From Bacilli bacterium (GTDB lineage: Bacteria; Bacillota_I; Bacilli_A; RFN20; CAG-288), in contig JALCRV010000011.1 of the NCBI GenBank assembly GCA_022652945.1, positions 6,297-70,296 on the forward strand: 64,000 bases of DNA, in the 5' to 3' direction. The notes under the pieces are model-generated. The model did no database searches, was not told the DNA's origin, and saw only the letters and a program-made list of their open reading frames with translations. The position numbers were made by a program, and so were the translations under genes. Below are positions 8,766 to 18,959 of this stretch, piece after piece. Numbering within the stretch: position 1 is the first letter of the stretch; each line of letters opens with the position of its first letter.

Positions 8766-11189
8766 TTATATAATTTCCACTTGAATCGAATACGTATGAT
8801 TGCCTTCGACCTTCTTAACTAACTTGCCTTCGACTTTCTTGGAGTCGACAGTCAGGCTGTACTTCCCATTTTTGGAATGAGTTACTTTAATGTTATAAGT
8901 CTGTCCACGGTACTTTCTTACTAGCTCCACATCACCTAAATCTTTAGGTAGATGGGGATCGATAACTAGGCCATTAAGACTCGGGACTAAGCCTAATAAC
9001 GATTGGCTGACGGCGACCATGGACCAGGAAGCGGTGCCCGTAAGCCAGGAGTTTTTGCCTTCACCGTAGCTAGGTGCTTCTCTTCCGGCAATCGTTTGGC
9101 AGTAAACATAAGGCTCGACTCTTCTGATGTCCGACTTGTCTTCGATGTAAGTAGGGCAGGATCTCTTATAAATATTGAAAGCTTCTTCGTAACGGCCCAC
9201 CGCGGTTTCAGCGATGATAATCCAAGGGTTGGTATGTGTGAAAACCGAGCCGTTTTCTTTATAACCCGGCGGATAGGAAGTGATTTCGCCAAGTTCGAGG
9301 TGATACTTATGGAAGCAAGGAGCTAATATCTCAACTCCATAATCATTCACCAAACGCTTTTCAACCGAAATCATAGCCTTTTCAGGCAGGCCTTTCTCCT
9401 CGCCGATTTTCGCCATCGTGCAAAAACCCTGCGGTTCGATAAAAATCTGCGCTTCTTCGTTCTCGTGGGAGCCGACCTTCTTTTCAAAGGCATCGTACGC
9501 TCTCAAATACCACTCACCGTCCCAGCCAAAATCAACCACGGCTTTCTCAAATTCCTCAGTTTCTTTTAGCAGCTTATCAGCTAAGGCATCATCTTTTACT
9601 GCCTTAGCGATATCGATCATTTCTTTGCCGTATTTTACAAACATGCCGGCGATGAAAACGGATTCAGCTTTGCCTGACTCAAAATTTGAAACTGTCTGGA
9701 AAGCCTCGCCCGGCGTCTTAGAGAAACAGTTCAAATTAAGACAGTCGTTCCAGTCAGCGCGGCCGATTAAAGGAAGCCCATGGGGGCCTTTATGCGTGAC
9801 TGTAAAGTTGACGGATGCTTTCAAATGATCGTAAAGAGTCGCTTCAGGCTTTTTGCCATCGAACGGGACTTTTTCATTAAGGATAGAGAAATCTCCGGTT
9901 TCCTTAAGATAAGCGGAAGTGCAGGCGATAAGCCAAAGAGGGTCATCGTTAAACCCACCTCCGATATCGGCGTTGCCTTTTTTCGTCAGCGGTTGGTATT
10001 GGTGATATGTCGATCCGTCTTCCGACTGGATGGCTGCCAAGTCCAAAATACGCTGACGTGATTTTTCTGGGATAAAATGGACAAAGCCCAAGATATCCTG
10101 GCAGGAATCTCTAAAGCCCATGCCGCGGCCGATGCCTGATTCATAATAAGAAGTTGAACGGGACATCAGGAACGTTGTCATGCACTGATACTGGTTCCAG
10201 ATATTGACAGCTCTGTCAAATTTATCTTCGGATGAATGGACGTGGATGATAGAAAGGAGGTTATCCCAGTAAGTTCTGAGCTTAGCCATCTCTTTATCGA
10301 CGTCTTTCTCATCTTTGATTTCCTTAAAGGCCTCTTCAGCTCTGGAAAGATTAACGGAGCCGTCGTTATTGAATTTTTCTTCATCCGGATTGATGATAAA
10401 ACCAAGAGTGTAAATCAAAGTCACGCTTTCGCCCGGATTAAGGACGATGTCGCTTCTTAAAGCGGCGATCGGTGACCAACCATGAGCAACTGAAGAGAAT
10501 GATTTACCTTCTTTTATCGCTTTAGGCATGCTCCAGCTTCCGCCTTGACCGATAAATGTATCTAAATCAGTATCGAAACCATCGGCCTTTCGATTCAAAT
10601 GGAAATAAGCAAAGTGATTTCTTCTTTCGCGGTATTCAGTAACGTGATAAACAGTGTCGTCTTTGACGATGACTTCACCAGTGTTGTAATTTCTTTGAAA
10701 GTTATTAGAATCATCGACCGCGTTATATAAGCACCATTCACAGGTTCCGTAAACTTTCAGATTCTTTTTTTCCTTCGATTCGTTGGTAATGACCAATTCA
10801 TGGACTTCTTCATTCTTATTAAGAGGGATAAAGCAGGTCAACTTCGTCCTGATCTGGTTTTTAACGCCTTCAAAGGTAGAGTAAGAAAGACCATGACGGC
10901 ATTCATATGAATCAAGTTCCGTTTGAGTAGGCATGAAACCAGGGTTGAAAATCGTCTCGCCATCTTTAATGTAATAATAGCGACCGCCGAAATCGCGGGG
11001 AATATTGTTATAGCGGTAGCGAGTGATTCTTAAAAGCTTTGCATCCTTATAAAAACAATAACCGCCCGCCGTATTGGAAATAATGCCGAACATATCGTTC
11101 TGGCCCAGATAATTGATCCATGGAAGCGGTGTATGTGGTGTAGAGATCACATATTCGCGTTTTTTATCATCAAAATGTCCGTATTTCAT
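8766..11189 (-). CDS. cbpA: Cellobiose phosphorylase (GH94)
   Basis: MKYGHFDD..REYVI..P.TP.PWINYLG, GRGMGFRDS, ADWNDCLNL, YPPGYKENG, NSWLTGTA. Confidence 0.95.
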   Translation of the reverse strand: MKYGHFDDKKREYVISTPHTPLPWINYLGQNDMFGIISNTAGGYCFYKDAKLLRITRYRYNNIPRDFGGRYYYIKDGETIFNPGFMPTQTELDSYECRHGLSYSTFEGVKNQIRTKLTCFIPLNKNEEVHELVITNESKEKKNLKVYGTCEWCLYNAVDDSNNFQRNYNTGEVIVKDDTVYHVTEYRERRNHFAYFHLNRKADGFDTDLDTFIGQGGSWSMPKAIKEGKSFSSVAHGWSPIAALRSDIVLNPGESVTLIYTLGFIINPDEEKFNNDGSVNLSRAEEAFKEIKDEKDVDKEMAKLRTYWDNLLSIIHVHSSEDKFDRAVNIWNQYQCMTTFLMSRSTSYYESGIGRGMGFRDSCQDILGFVHFIPEKSRQRILDLAAIQSEDGSTYHQYQPLTKKGNADIGGGFNDDPLWLIACTSAYLKETGDFSILNEKVPFDGKKPEATLYDHLKASVNFTVTHKGPHGLPLIGRADWNDCLNLNCFSKTPGEAFQTVSNFESGKAESVFIAGMFVKYGKEMIDIAKAVKDDALADKLLKETEEFEKAVVDFGWDGEWYLRAYDAFEKKVGSHENEEAQIFIEPQGFCTMAKIGEEKGLPEKAMISVEKRLVNDYGVEILAPCFHKYHLELGEITSYPPGYKENGSVFTHTNPWIIIAETAVGRYEEAFNIYKRSCPTYIEDKSDIRRVEPYVYCQTIAGREAPSYGEGKNSWLTGTASWSMVAVSQSLLGLVPSLNGLVIDPHLPKDLGDVELVRKYRGQTYNIKVTHSKNGKYSLTVDSKKVEGKLVKKVEGNHTYSIQVEII

Positions 11190-11212
11190 TGATTTTTGGC
11201 CTTTCAGCGTAA

Positions 11213-11279
11213 GGAAAGCGCTACCGAAAACGTTTTCCTACATCAAGGCTATTATATAAAGAAGAAATCGCGAATGCAA
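11213..11279 (-). promoter_or_regulatory. cbpA promoter with two overlapping LacI/CcpA-type operators
   Basis: Minus strand TTGCAT-17-TATAAT (11279-11251); palindromes CGAAAACGTTTTCC (11225-11238) and GGAAAGCGCTACCG (11213-11226). Confidence 0.75.
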
Positions 11280-11446
11280 TTATTATTTATTTCATTTTTC
11301 AAAAAAGCTGTTGTTTTTGTAAACATCTCATAATTAGCAAAAGTGGCTTAAATACTGAAGATATATAGAATAAAGCACACTTTGAAAAAGCACGCTTTTT
11401 AATAATTTTTTAACGTGCGTAACAAAAGGTTTTTTTATTTTGAATG

Positions 11447-11509
11447 TTGACAAGGCAAAAAACAGGTGATATCTTCTAGTTAGCGAAAACGATTTCGGAA
11501 GCGATTACA
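11447..11509 (+). promoter_or_regulatory. lacI-ABC operon promoter with two overlapping LacI/CcpA-type operators
   Basis: TTGACA-17-(TG)TATCTT; CGAAAACGATTTCG (11484-11497) and CGGAAGCGATTACA (11496-11509). Confidence 0.75.
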
Positions 11510-11552
11510 TTCTCCATGATTGTCTTCGCCAAGATAGAAAGGGTTCCCAAGG

Positions 11553-12566
11553 ATGACCAAGATAAAAGATATTGCAAAAGCTTGTGGCGTATCTGTATCC
11601 ACCGTATCTAAAGCCCTCAATGGGAACTCGGATTTATCGGAAGAAACGGCTGCTCGTGTTCGGAAGGCAGCCAAAGAATTAGGCTACATTCCGAATTCCA
11701 ATGCGCGAGTTCTGAAGACTAACAGGTCTCATAACATCGGCGTCATCTTTGAGGATCCGACCTCATCCGGCTTGAAGCATGAGTACTTCTCTGGAATTCT
11801 GAATTCCATCAAAGACGAGGCGGAATCTTGCGGTTACGATGTGACGTTTATTTCTAACCACTTGGCCTCCATTAGCAATTCCTATTACGAGCACGCCCGG
11901 TTCCGGGGCTGCGATGGGGTGATTGTTGCTTCGGCTGATTTCCACAGCCCCAAAGTTGTCGAATTGATTGAATCGGAGATTCCTTCGGTGACTATCGATT
12001 ATGTCTTCGACAACCGTTCAGCCATTATGTCTGATAACTACGCCGGTCTCCACGATATCGTTCAGTACTTGTATATGAACGGTCATCGTAAGATAGCCTT
12101 CATCCACGGTGAAATGACTGCTGTCTGCCAGAAGAGACTCTCTAGTTATTACAAGACGATGGAAGGGTTTGGCTTAAAGGTTCCTGATGAATATGTTAAG
12201 CAAGCATTCTTCCATTTACCTAAGGCTAGCGGGGAAGCTACCAAGGAATTGTTAGCTCTTACCGATCGGCCAGATTGCATTATCTACCCTGATGATTACT
12301 CGATGTTAGGCGGAATCACCGCTTTAGAAGAAGCGGGGCTAGAGATTCCCGATGACATTAGCATCGTCGGTTACGATGGCATTCAGCTTTCACGCTTTAT
12401 GAGGCCGGTATTTACGACCTACGTTCAGGACAGTGAGAAAATCGGTAAATCCGCTGCCCATAAGTTAATTGAGACGATCGAGAGCCCTCGCACGTCCCAA
12501 GTTGAGCAGATAACCATAAAAGGTTGGCTGCAAGAGGGCAAAACGGTTAAGGCTTTAATTCGCTAA
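11553..12566 (+). CDS. LacI-family transcriptional regulator
   Basis: IKDIAKACGVSVSTVSKALN HTH, YIPN hinge, IPDDISIVGYD. Confidence 0.96.
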   Translation: MTKIKDIAKACGVSVSTVSKALNGNSDLSEETAARVRKAAKELGYIPNSNARVLKTNRSHNIGVIFEDPTSSGLKHEYFSGILNSIKDEAESCGYDVTFISNHLASISNSYYEHARFRGCDGVIVASADFHSPKVVELIESEIPSVTIDYVFDNRSAIMSDNYAGLHDIVQYLYMNGHRKIAFIHGEMTAVCQKRLSSYYKTMEGFGLKVPDEYVKQAFFHLPKASGEATKELLALTDRPDCIIYPDDYSMLGGITALEEAGLEIPDDISIVGYDGIQLSRFMRPVFTTYVQDSEKIGKSAAHKLIETIESPRTSQVEQITIKGWLQEGKTVKALIR

Positions 12567-12611
12567 TAGCGATTAAAGAAATAGTGTATTCACATAGAAA
12601 GGAAACTATTT

Positions 12612-14015
12612 ATGAAAAAGAAACTGTTTAGCTTAGTGATGGTCGTCGCTGCTGTTGGTCTTTTAGGGAGCTGCTCGGGTAACACTTCATCCAGTACGAA
12701 CGCCACCGATGGTGGAAAAGTTCTGAACATTGAATGCTGGAACACAGAATTTGAAGGCAGATTCCGTCATTATTGCAAGGATATGCTTTCTAACGCGACT
12801 GAAGATGATCCTTTATATGCTAATTCCACCGCTACTGATAAGAAGTGGGCTGTCCCTGATGCAGATGGCAACTTCACGATGAAAGATGGCACCAAGGTTG
12901 TCTTCAAGATCACTGATAACAAGAACAATGGTTATCAGAATGCTCTGGATGTCGATTTATTCAACCAGGATCAGGCTGAAGCTGATAACAAGGTTGATAT
13001 GTTCATGGTTGAAGCCGATTACGCTCTTAAGTATGTTAAATCCAATTCCACCTGCGATGTCATTAAAGATATCGGTCTGACCGAAGCTGATATGGCTGAT
13101 CAGTACCAGTACACCAAAGATATCGTCAAGGATGCCAGTGGCAACATTAAAGGCACCACTTGGCAGGCTTGCCCGGGACTTTATGCTTATCGTCGTGATA
13201 TTGCTAAAGATGTCTTAGGCTCGGATGATCCGGCGACTGTTCAGGCTGCGTTAGCTGATTGGACGAAGTTCAATTCCGTCGCTGCCTCCGCTAAAGCCAA
13301 AGGCTACTACATGGTTTCCGGCTACGATGATGCTTATCGTCCTTTCTCGAACAATGTTTCCGCTCCGTGGGTCGATGCGAACAAGAAGATCGTCGTTGAT
13401 CAGAAAATCAAGGATTGGATCTCCCAGACCAAGACTTTCTCCGAAAAGGGCTATAACCATGGCACTTCTCTCTGGAACAGCGACTGGACTGCTGATCAGA
13501 CAATGGCTGGCAAGGTCTTCGGCTTCTTCTATTCTACTTGGGGTATCAACTTCACTCTTAAAGACAATGCTGGTGATGCTGGCTTCGGCAAATGGGCTGT
13601 CTGCCAGGGACCTGCTTCCTACTATTGGGGTGGCTCTTGGATCAGCGCTGCTAAAGGCACCGATAACAAGTCTCAGATTGCTAAGATCATGAAGAGAATG
13701 ACCTGCGATAAGGCTACTTTGAAGCAGATTACCCTCGACACTCTTGATTACACCAACAATAAGTCTGCTATGAACGAAATCGCTGCTGATAAAACTTATG
13801 GCGCTGCGTTCTTAGGCGGTCAGAACCATATCGCTCTGTTTGCCAAGGCCGCTGAAACTATCAACATGAGCAATATCTCCGCTTATGATCAGGGCCTCAA
13901 TGAAGGACTTCAGGAAGCTATGAAGGATTACTTCCTTGGCACAATAAGTGAAGATAAGGCTTGGGAAAACTTCTACAAAGCTATCGCTGTCAAGTATCCG
14001 TCTCTTTCTCATTAA
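12612..14015 (+). CDS. Carbohydrate ABC substrate-binding lipoprotein (cellodextrin, by context)
   Basis: Lipobox LLGSC, CUT1 SBP features (YYWGGSW), context. Confidence 0.88.
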   Translation: MKKKLFSLVMVVAAVGLLGSCSGNTSSSTNATDGGKVLNIECWNTEFEGRFRHYCKDMLSNATEDDPLYANSTATDKKWAVPDADGNFTMKDGTKVVFKITDNKNNGYQNALDVDLFNQDQAEADNKVDMFMVEADYALKYVKSNSTCDVIKDIGLTEADMADQYQYTKDIVKDASGNIKGTTWQACPGLYAYRRDIAKDVLGSDDPATVQAALADWTKFNSVAASAKAKGYYMVSGYDDAYRPFSNNVSAPWVDANKKIVVDQKIKDWISQTKTFSEKGYNHGTSLWNSDWTADQTMAGKVFGFFYSTWGINFTLKDNAGDAGFGKWAVCQGPASYYWGGSWISAAKGTDNKSQIAKIMKRMTCDKATLKQITLDTLDYTNNKSAMNEIAADKTYGAAFLGGQNHIALFAKAAETINMSNISAYDQGLNEGLQEAMKDYFLGTISEDKAWENFYKAIAVKYPSLSH

Positions 14016-14027
14016 TCAGTTAAGCTT

Positions 14028-14078
14028 GGCAGAACTAGGACTGGATGGAACCAATCTTCCATCCAGCCCGTCTCTGCC
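14028..14078 (+). terminator. Intergenic stem-loop after SBP gene (mRNA stabiliser or partial terminator)
   Basis: GGCAGA..CTGGATGGAA / TTCCATCCAG..TCTGCC followed by TATTTTT. Confidence 0.65.
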
Positions 14079-14101
14079 TATTTTTATCGGAGGTTAGAAG
14101 G

Positions 14102-15130
14102 ATGCAAAATGAAGCTGTCATAACTGACTCCCGTTTTAAGCCATTCAAGGTTAGAACGAAAAAGAGAGCCATATCTTACGCAAAATGGGGATATATTTTC
14201 CTCATACCTTTTTTCGCTACATTTCTTTTCTTTTCGCTGATACCTCTATTGGAAACCTTCCATTATTCTTTCTATGAATATTGGCGCGATGGCTTGGACG
14301 TTATCGGCCCTAATTGGGTAGGCTTTAAAAACTATGGCGATATCCTAACTAATTCTTTCGGTGAGTTCTGGAAGGATTTAGGGAACACGATGATTATCTG
14401 GGTTATGGGCTTTGTCCCGCAGATAATTATCTCGTTGGTTCTTGCTATAATCTTTACTTCTGTGCGTCTTAAAGTACACGGAGCGCAGTTTTTCAAGACT
14501 GTCTTCTATATGCCTAACCTGGTTATGGCGGCGGCGATGGGACTATTGTTTTCTCAGCTTCTTTCCCAGTCTGGGCCAATTATGAGCATGCTTTTCGATG
14601 CCGGGATCATTCAAGAAAAATTCAATATGCTTAACCGCGTCTGGGATACTAGAGCAATCATTGGCTTTATTGATTTCCTGATGTGGTTTGGTAACACGAT
14701 GCTCCTTTTGATGTCTGGTGTGATGGGCATCGATGCTTCGATTTATGAAGCGGCTGCAATCGATGGATCTTCGGCCTGGAAGACTTTCTGGCATATTACG
14801 ATGCCTTTATTGATGCCGATTTTCATCTATGTTTTCATTACTTCTATGATCGGTGGCATCCAACTATACGATGCCGCCACGATCTTCACCCAGGGCAACG
14901 GCGGTGCGGAGAGAAGTTCTTATACGCTGATGATGTTCTTGTTCAATGTCGTAACCGGCGGTTCTCATGACTTAGGCCACGGCGGAGCCTTATCGGTTCT
15001 GATGTTTATTATCACGGGTCTCCTTTCGTTCTCAGTCTTTATTCTTACAGTCCCGAAAGAAGAAAGATTCCATTTTAAGAGCCGTAAGAAAAAACTTCAA
15101 AAGGAAGTTCAAGGAGGTATCTCAAGATGA
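14102..15130 (+). CDS. Carbohydrate ABC permease (MalF-like)
   Basis: WVGFKNY, EAA motif IYEAAAIDGSSAWKTFWHITMP; RBS GGAGG before ATG 14102. Confidence 0.93.
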   Translation: MQNEAVITDSRFKPFKVRTKKRAISYAKWGYIFLIPFFATFLFFSLIPLLETFHYSFYEYWRDGLDVIGPNWVGFKNYGDILTNSFGEFWKDLGNTMIIWVMGFVPQIIISLVLAIIFTSVRLKVHGAQFFKTVFYMPNLVMAAAMGLLFSQLLSQSGPIMSMLFDAGIIQEKFNMLNRVWDTRAIIGFIDFLMWFGNTMLLLMSGVMGIDASIYEAAAIDGSSAWKTFWHITMPLLMPIFIYVFITSMIGGIQLYDAATIFTQGNGGAERSSYTLMMFLFNVVTGGSHDLGHGGALSVLMFIITGLLSFSVFILTVPKEERFHFKSRKKKLQKEVQGGISR

Positions 15131-16047
15131 GTGAAGCTGCGATTATGAGATATGCTCAATTCTCAATCAAAACTGATAAAAAAGAGCTAAAGACTAAAGT
15201 CTATACCACCATCGAAAAAGTTCTAGTCTATCTGTTGATGGCAGTATTGACCTTCTTATGCATCTTCCCGTTCTATGTCATGATCATCAATTCGACTAGA
15301 AATTCTAGCGAGATTGCCGAAGGTATGGCTTGGTGGTTCTCATCGAGCCTTGCCGAAAACTGGCAAAAGGTATTCAAGACCCTGGAAGCTAATTACCCCA
15401 TGGTCCGCGCTATGGGTAATTCGTTGCTGATTTCTATAAGCTCTTCGCTTTTAACGGTATATTTCTCAGCTATGACCGCTTATGCCTTCCATCAGTACAA
15501 CTTCGTAGGGAAGAAGTTACTTTATTCCTTCATTCTTGTCATTATGATGATCCCGAGCCAAGTTTCGGCTATGGGTTTCATCAATCTGTGCAACCGTTTG
15601 AACATGATGAACACTTACTGGCCTCTGATCATTCCTTCGATTGCTTCGCCAGTCGTGGTCTTCTATATGAAGCAGTATCTGGATTCCGTTCTTCCTAATG
15701 AAATCGTCGAAGCAGCCCGTGTGGACGGTGCCGGAGAAATCCGCATCTTCCATCAGATTGTTCTTCCGGTCCTTAAACCGGCTTTGGCGGTTCAGATGAT
15801 CTTCGCCTTCGTCGGCAGCTGGAATAGTCTATTTATGCCTCAGATGATTATCAGCAAGCGCAATCTGCTGACCTTGCCACTAGTTATTCAGTCCTTATCT
15901 AACCTTTCGAATAACGATGCTTTCAAACTTGGCACGGGTGGGATGTATCTGATGATGACGGTCGCGGTCGTTCCGCTCCTTATCATCTATCTGGTTTTCT
16001 CTAGATTCATTGTTAAAGGCGTGACCTTGGGCTCCGTCAAAGGTTAA
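15127..16047 (+). CDS. Carbohydrate ABC permease (MalG-like)
   Basis: EIVEAARVDGAGE EAA motif, C-terminal GSVKG. Confidence 0.93.
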   Translation: MSEAAIMRYAQFSIKTDKKELKTKVYTTIEKVLVYLLMAVLTFLCIFPFYVMIINSTRNSSEIAEGMAWWFSSSLAENWQKVFKTLEANYPMVRAMGNSLLISISSSLLTVYFSAMTAYAFHQYNFVGKKLLYSFILVIMMIPSQVSAMGFINLCNRLNMMNTYWPLIIPSIASPVVVFYMKQYLDSVLPNEIVEAARVDGAGEIRIFHQIVLPVLKPALAVQMIFAFVGSWNSLFMPQMIISKRNLLTLPLVIQSLSNLSNNDAFKLGTGGMYLMMTVAVVPLLIIYLVFSRFIVKGVTLGSVKG

Positions 16048-16161
16048 ACTCAAATTCGCATCCTCCTTTTAACAAGGCGGTTGTCGCTTGATCAACGCAG
16101 CCGTCTTTTTGTTAGGCTTCTACCTATGTTTTCTTTATAATAATCTTAAGGAGCAGTTAAC

Positions 16162-17559
16162 ATGGATTCAGGTGATTTTTTCTGGGGAAGTGCTACTTCG
16201 GCCTATCAGATTGAAGGTGGCTTTAATGAAAACGGAAAAGGGGAGTCCATTTGGGATCGTTACGCTTCTGTTCCTAAAAATATCAAAGACGGGAAAGACG
16301 GAAAAAAAGCTTGCGATTCTTATCATAAGATGGATCAGGATATCGCTCTTTTAAAAGAACTGGGCGTTAACGCTTACCGCTTTTCTATCGCCTGGACCCG
16401 GGTTATTCCTGATGGAAAAGGCAAAGTCAATGAAGCTGGTCTTGATTATTATTCTCGCTTAGTTGATGAACTATTGAAGAATAACATTACGCCTTTTGTT
16501 ACTTTGTACCACTGGGATTTGCCCGAGCCTTTATTAGAAGAGGGGGGATTTTACGACAGGAATCTTCCGACTTATTTTGCTGCTTATGTTACTGCGGTCG
16601 TTAAGAAATTGGGCGATCGAGTTAAGCATTGGATTACGATCAATGAGCCAGAATGTATCATCGGCAACGGCTACGTCAATGGCACCCACGCTCCGGGGTA
16701 CAAAGAGACGGACACTAAAAAGATCCTATTAGCTATTCATAATCTTCTGAGGATGCATGGAGAAGGGGTGAAAGCTATTAGAGATAATTGCTCCGACGCT
16801 AAAGTAGGCTTTGTCGGAACTGATCGGGCTTTAATTCCACAAGATAAGGACGATGCCCATTTGGAAGAAGAATGCTATAAGCATTTCTTCAAAATCCAGA
16901 AGGACAGCCCCGCTTGGTCGGGAGCAATCTATTATGACCCTATATATTTAGGCGATTATCCTAAAGAGTATTATAAGATGTTCGCCGATGATTTGCCGTC
17001 AATTTCGAAGGAAGATCTAGAACTTATCCATCAGCCCCTTGATTTTATCGGCGAGAATAATTACGCTTCGGACTACTGTTTTTTAGCTGAACCTAGTACC
17101 TCCACTAAAAAAGGGAAAAGAGTCTTTACCATCAAAGACCCGAAGACGATGCCGTGCGCTGATATCTGGTGGGAGCAGATTACCCCTGAAGGGGTGTATT
17201 ATCTAGCAAAATATCTGACAAAACGCTATCATTTGCCACTGATTTTCACCGAGAACGGCATGTGCGATAACACTGAACCTTCTTCTGATCACCTGATTCA
17301 CGACACTCGTCGTTCAGACTACATTAAGAGTTATGTTGATTACGTCTTAAAGGCGAAGCGAGATGGAATTGATATTAGAGGATATTTCTACTGGTCCTTA
17401 TTAGATAATTTCGAATGGGGCGAAGGCTATAAGCCTCGCTTTGGATTAGTTTATCTGCCTTTCCCAGATACCACGCGAGTTAAAAAAGATTCTTTTGAGA
17501 CATATAAGAATCTGATAAAAGAGCAGATGGCGAAGGAAAAGGAAGGGAAGAAGGCTTAA
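16162..17559 (+). CDS. GH1 beta-glucosidase
   Basis: FFWGSATSAYQIEG, TLYHWDLP, acid/base INEP, nucleophile TENG, WSLLDNFEW. Confidence 0.96.
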   Translation: MDSGDFFWGSATSAYQIEGGFNENGKGESIWDRYASVPKNIKDGKDGKKACDSYHKMDQDIALLKELGVNAYRFSIAWTRVIPDGKGKVNEAGLDYYSRLVDELLKNNITPFVTLYHWDLPEPLLEEGGFYDRNLPTYFAAYVTAVVKKLGDRVKHWITINEPECIIGNGYVNGTHAPGYKETDTKKILLAIHNLLRMHGEGVKAIRDNCSDAKVGFVGTDRALIPQDKDDAHLEEECYKHFFKIQKDSPAWSGAIYYDPIYLGDYPKEYYKMFADDLPSISKEDLELIHQPLDFIGENNYASDYCFLAEPSTSTKKGKRVFTIKDPKTMPCADIWWEQITPEGVYYLAKYLTKRYHLPLIFTENGMCDNTEPSSDHLIHDTRRSDYIKSYVDYVLKAKRDGIDIRGYFYWSLLDNFEWGEGYKPRFGLVYLPFPDTTRVKKDSFETYKNLIKEQMAKEKEGKKA

Positions 17560-17628
17560 CTATTCTCCTTCCGTTTTCATAAGGCTTAATTTTAAAAAAA
17601 TAGAGTCTATAAGCTAAATAGGAATCGT

Positions 17629-18831
17629 TTAAGCGATTGTTTTATCTTTTAAGGAACACTGAGAAGGTGAAGATAACTCACCGTTTCCTAAATGAAGTCT
17701 TAAACGGCTATCTAAGCATTCTTCTTTAGGCCAAAGTTGAGCTTTAGTAGTGCTCCGGCCTTGAACCAAATAGTGGGGTTTTAGGCCATCTTTTTCTTCC
17801 TTTAGGGCTTTTTCCTTCAGCTTCTGGAGTTCTAAACAGCGTTGTCCTCGGTTAAATATCAAAATGAGTCTCGCTTCTTCAAAAGAGGAAAGGAAGGAAT
17901 AATCTCCATCGGAATCTCCCGCCATGAAGATGGGGGCTTTACCATAAAGAGAAAGTATTTTTTCTGAAATAGCCTTTTTCTTTCCTTCGTTAACAGTTGG
18001 AGGGTGCCCAATAAAGTCATATTCTTCGCAATATCGGCCTTTTTGATCTAAAAGAAGGTTCTCCGTGAAGATTCCTTTAAAGGGCGGGAAATGGAAAAAT
18101 GGGTTTTCGAGAGCTGCTCTGATGGTGTCTTCCTGAGAAGAAGAGATGCAATATAAATCGACACCTTTCTTACTTAGAGATTGCAAAAGTTCGAGCATTT
18201 CATCGACGATTATGAAGCCTTCATCGAGTTCGATAGAGATGACACCGGTTCGACTGGGTATTTCTTTAGGGGAAAACTGGATGGCATGTCTAATTCCTTT
18301 TTGCCTGGTCTTCTTGCAGGCTTCTGTATGGACTTCTTGAGCTAAAGCGTAGACTTCTTCTTTCGTTAGATGAACAAAGGGATACTGAATAAAGCGACAA
18401 GCCGCATCCACTGAAAGAAAAGATTCGACTTGGCTAAGGAGAAAAAGCATCTTGGTCAGAAACTCTTGTTTTTCAAGGGGATAATTATTGGAATCGATTT
18501 TAGTTTTAAAGCCGACTTCACCCGCTTTGAATAAAAAACGGTAGGAACTAACGATATCTTCGATTACATCCTGAAAGGTAAAAGAGAAAGAAGGTACTTT
18601 AAGAGCGATTTCTTCTTTTGTGAATTCTTTACTTAAAAGCGCATGGAATTCTTCGGGGCTTAATTTATAAGCCAACCTCTCAGCTTGACCAATGAAAAGT
18701 GTCCACTGGCTATCTCCCATCGAAAGGGTATTATCAAAATCGAAAATGGCGTAATCATTATCGAAGGAAGAAGATAAAAATTCTTCTAACGCCTGGCGGT
18801 TTCGTGGATACCAGTTAGCTGATATTGTCAT
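17629..18831 (-). CDS. HAD-superfamily phosphatase
   Basis: Motif I FDFDNT, motif II ISSS, motif IV AGDSDGD. Confidence 0.85.
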   Translation of the reverse strand: MTISANWYPRNRQALEEFLSSSFDNDYAIFDFDNTLSMGDSQWTLFIGQAERLAYKLSPEEFHALLSKEFTKEEIALKVPSFSFTFQDVIEDIVSSYRFLFKAGEVGFKTKIDSNNYPLEKQEFLTKMLFLLSQVESFLSVDAACRFIQYPFVHLTKEEVYALAQEVHTEACKKTRQKGIRHAIQFSPKEIPSRTGVISIELDEGFIIVDEMLELLQSLSKKGVDLYCISSSQEDTIRAALENPFFHFPPFKGIFTENLLLDQKGRYCEEYDFIGHPPTVNEGKKKAISEKILSLYGKAPIFMAGDSDGDYSFLSSFEEARLILIFNRGQRCLELQKLKEKALKEEKDGLKPHYLVQGRSTTKAQLWPKEECLDSRLRLHLGNGELSSPSQCSLKDKTIA

Positions 18832-18959
18832 TATTCCTTTTCTTTCTTTTTTATGCCTTAAGTATTTCTTCTTCTTAGTTTGCCTTCATTTGAAAAAGAA
18901 GGATTATTTGAGACTGATTGTATTATACATTGTTAACATTGCTTTTTGCTTTAAAAGGC

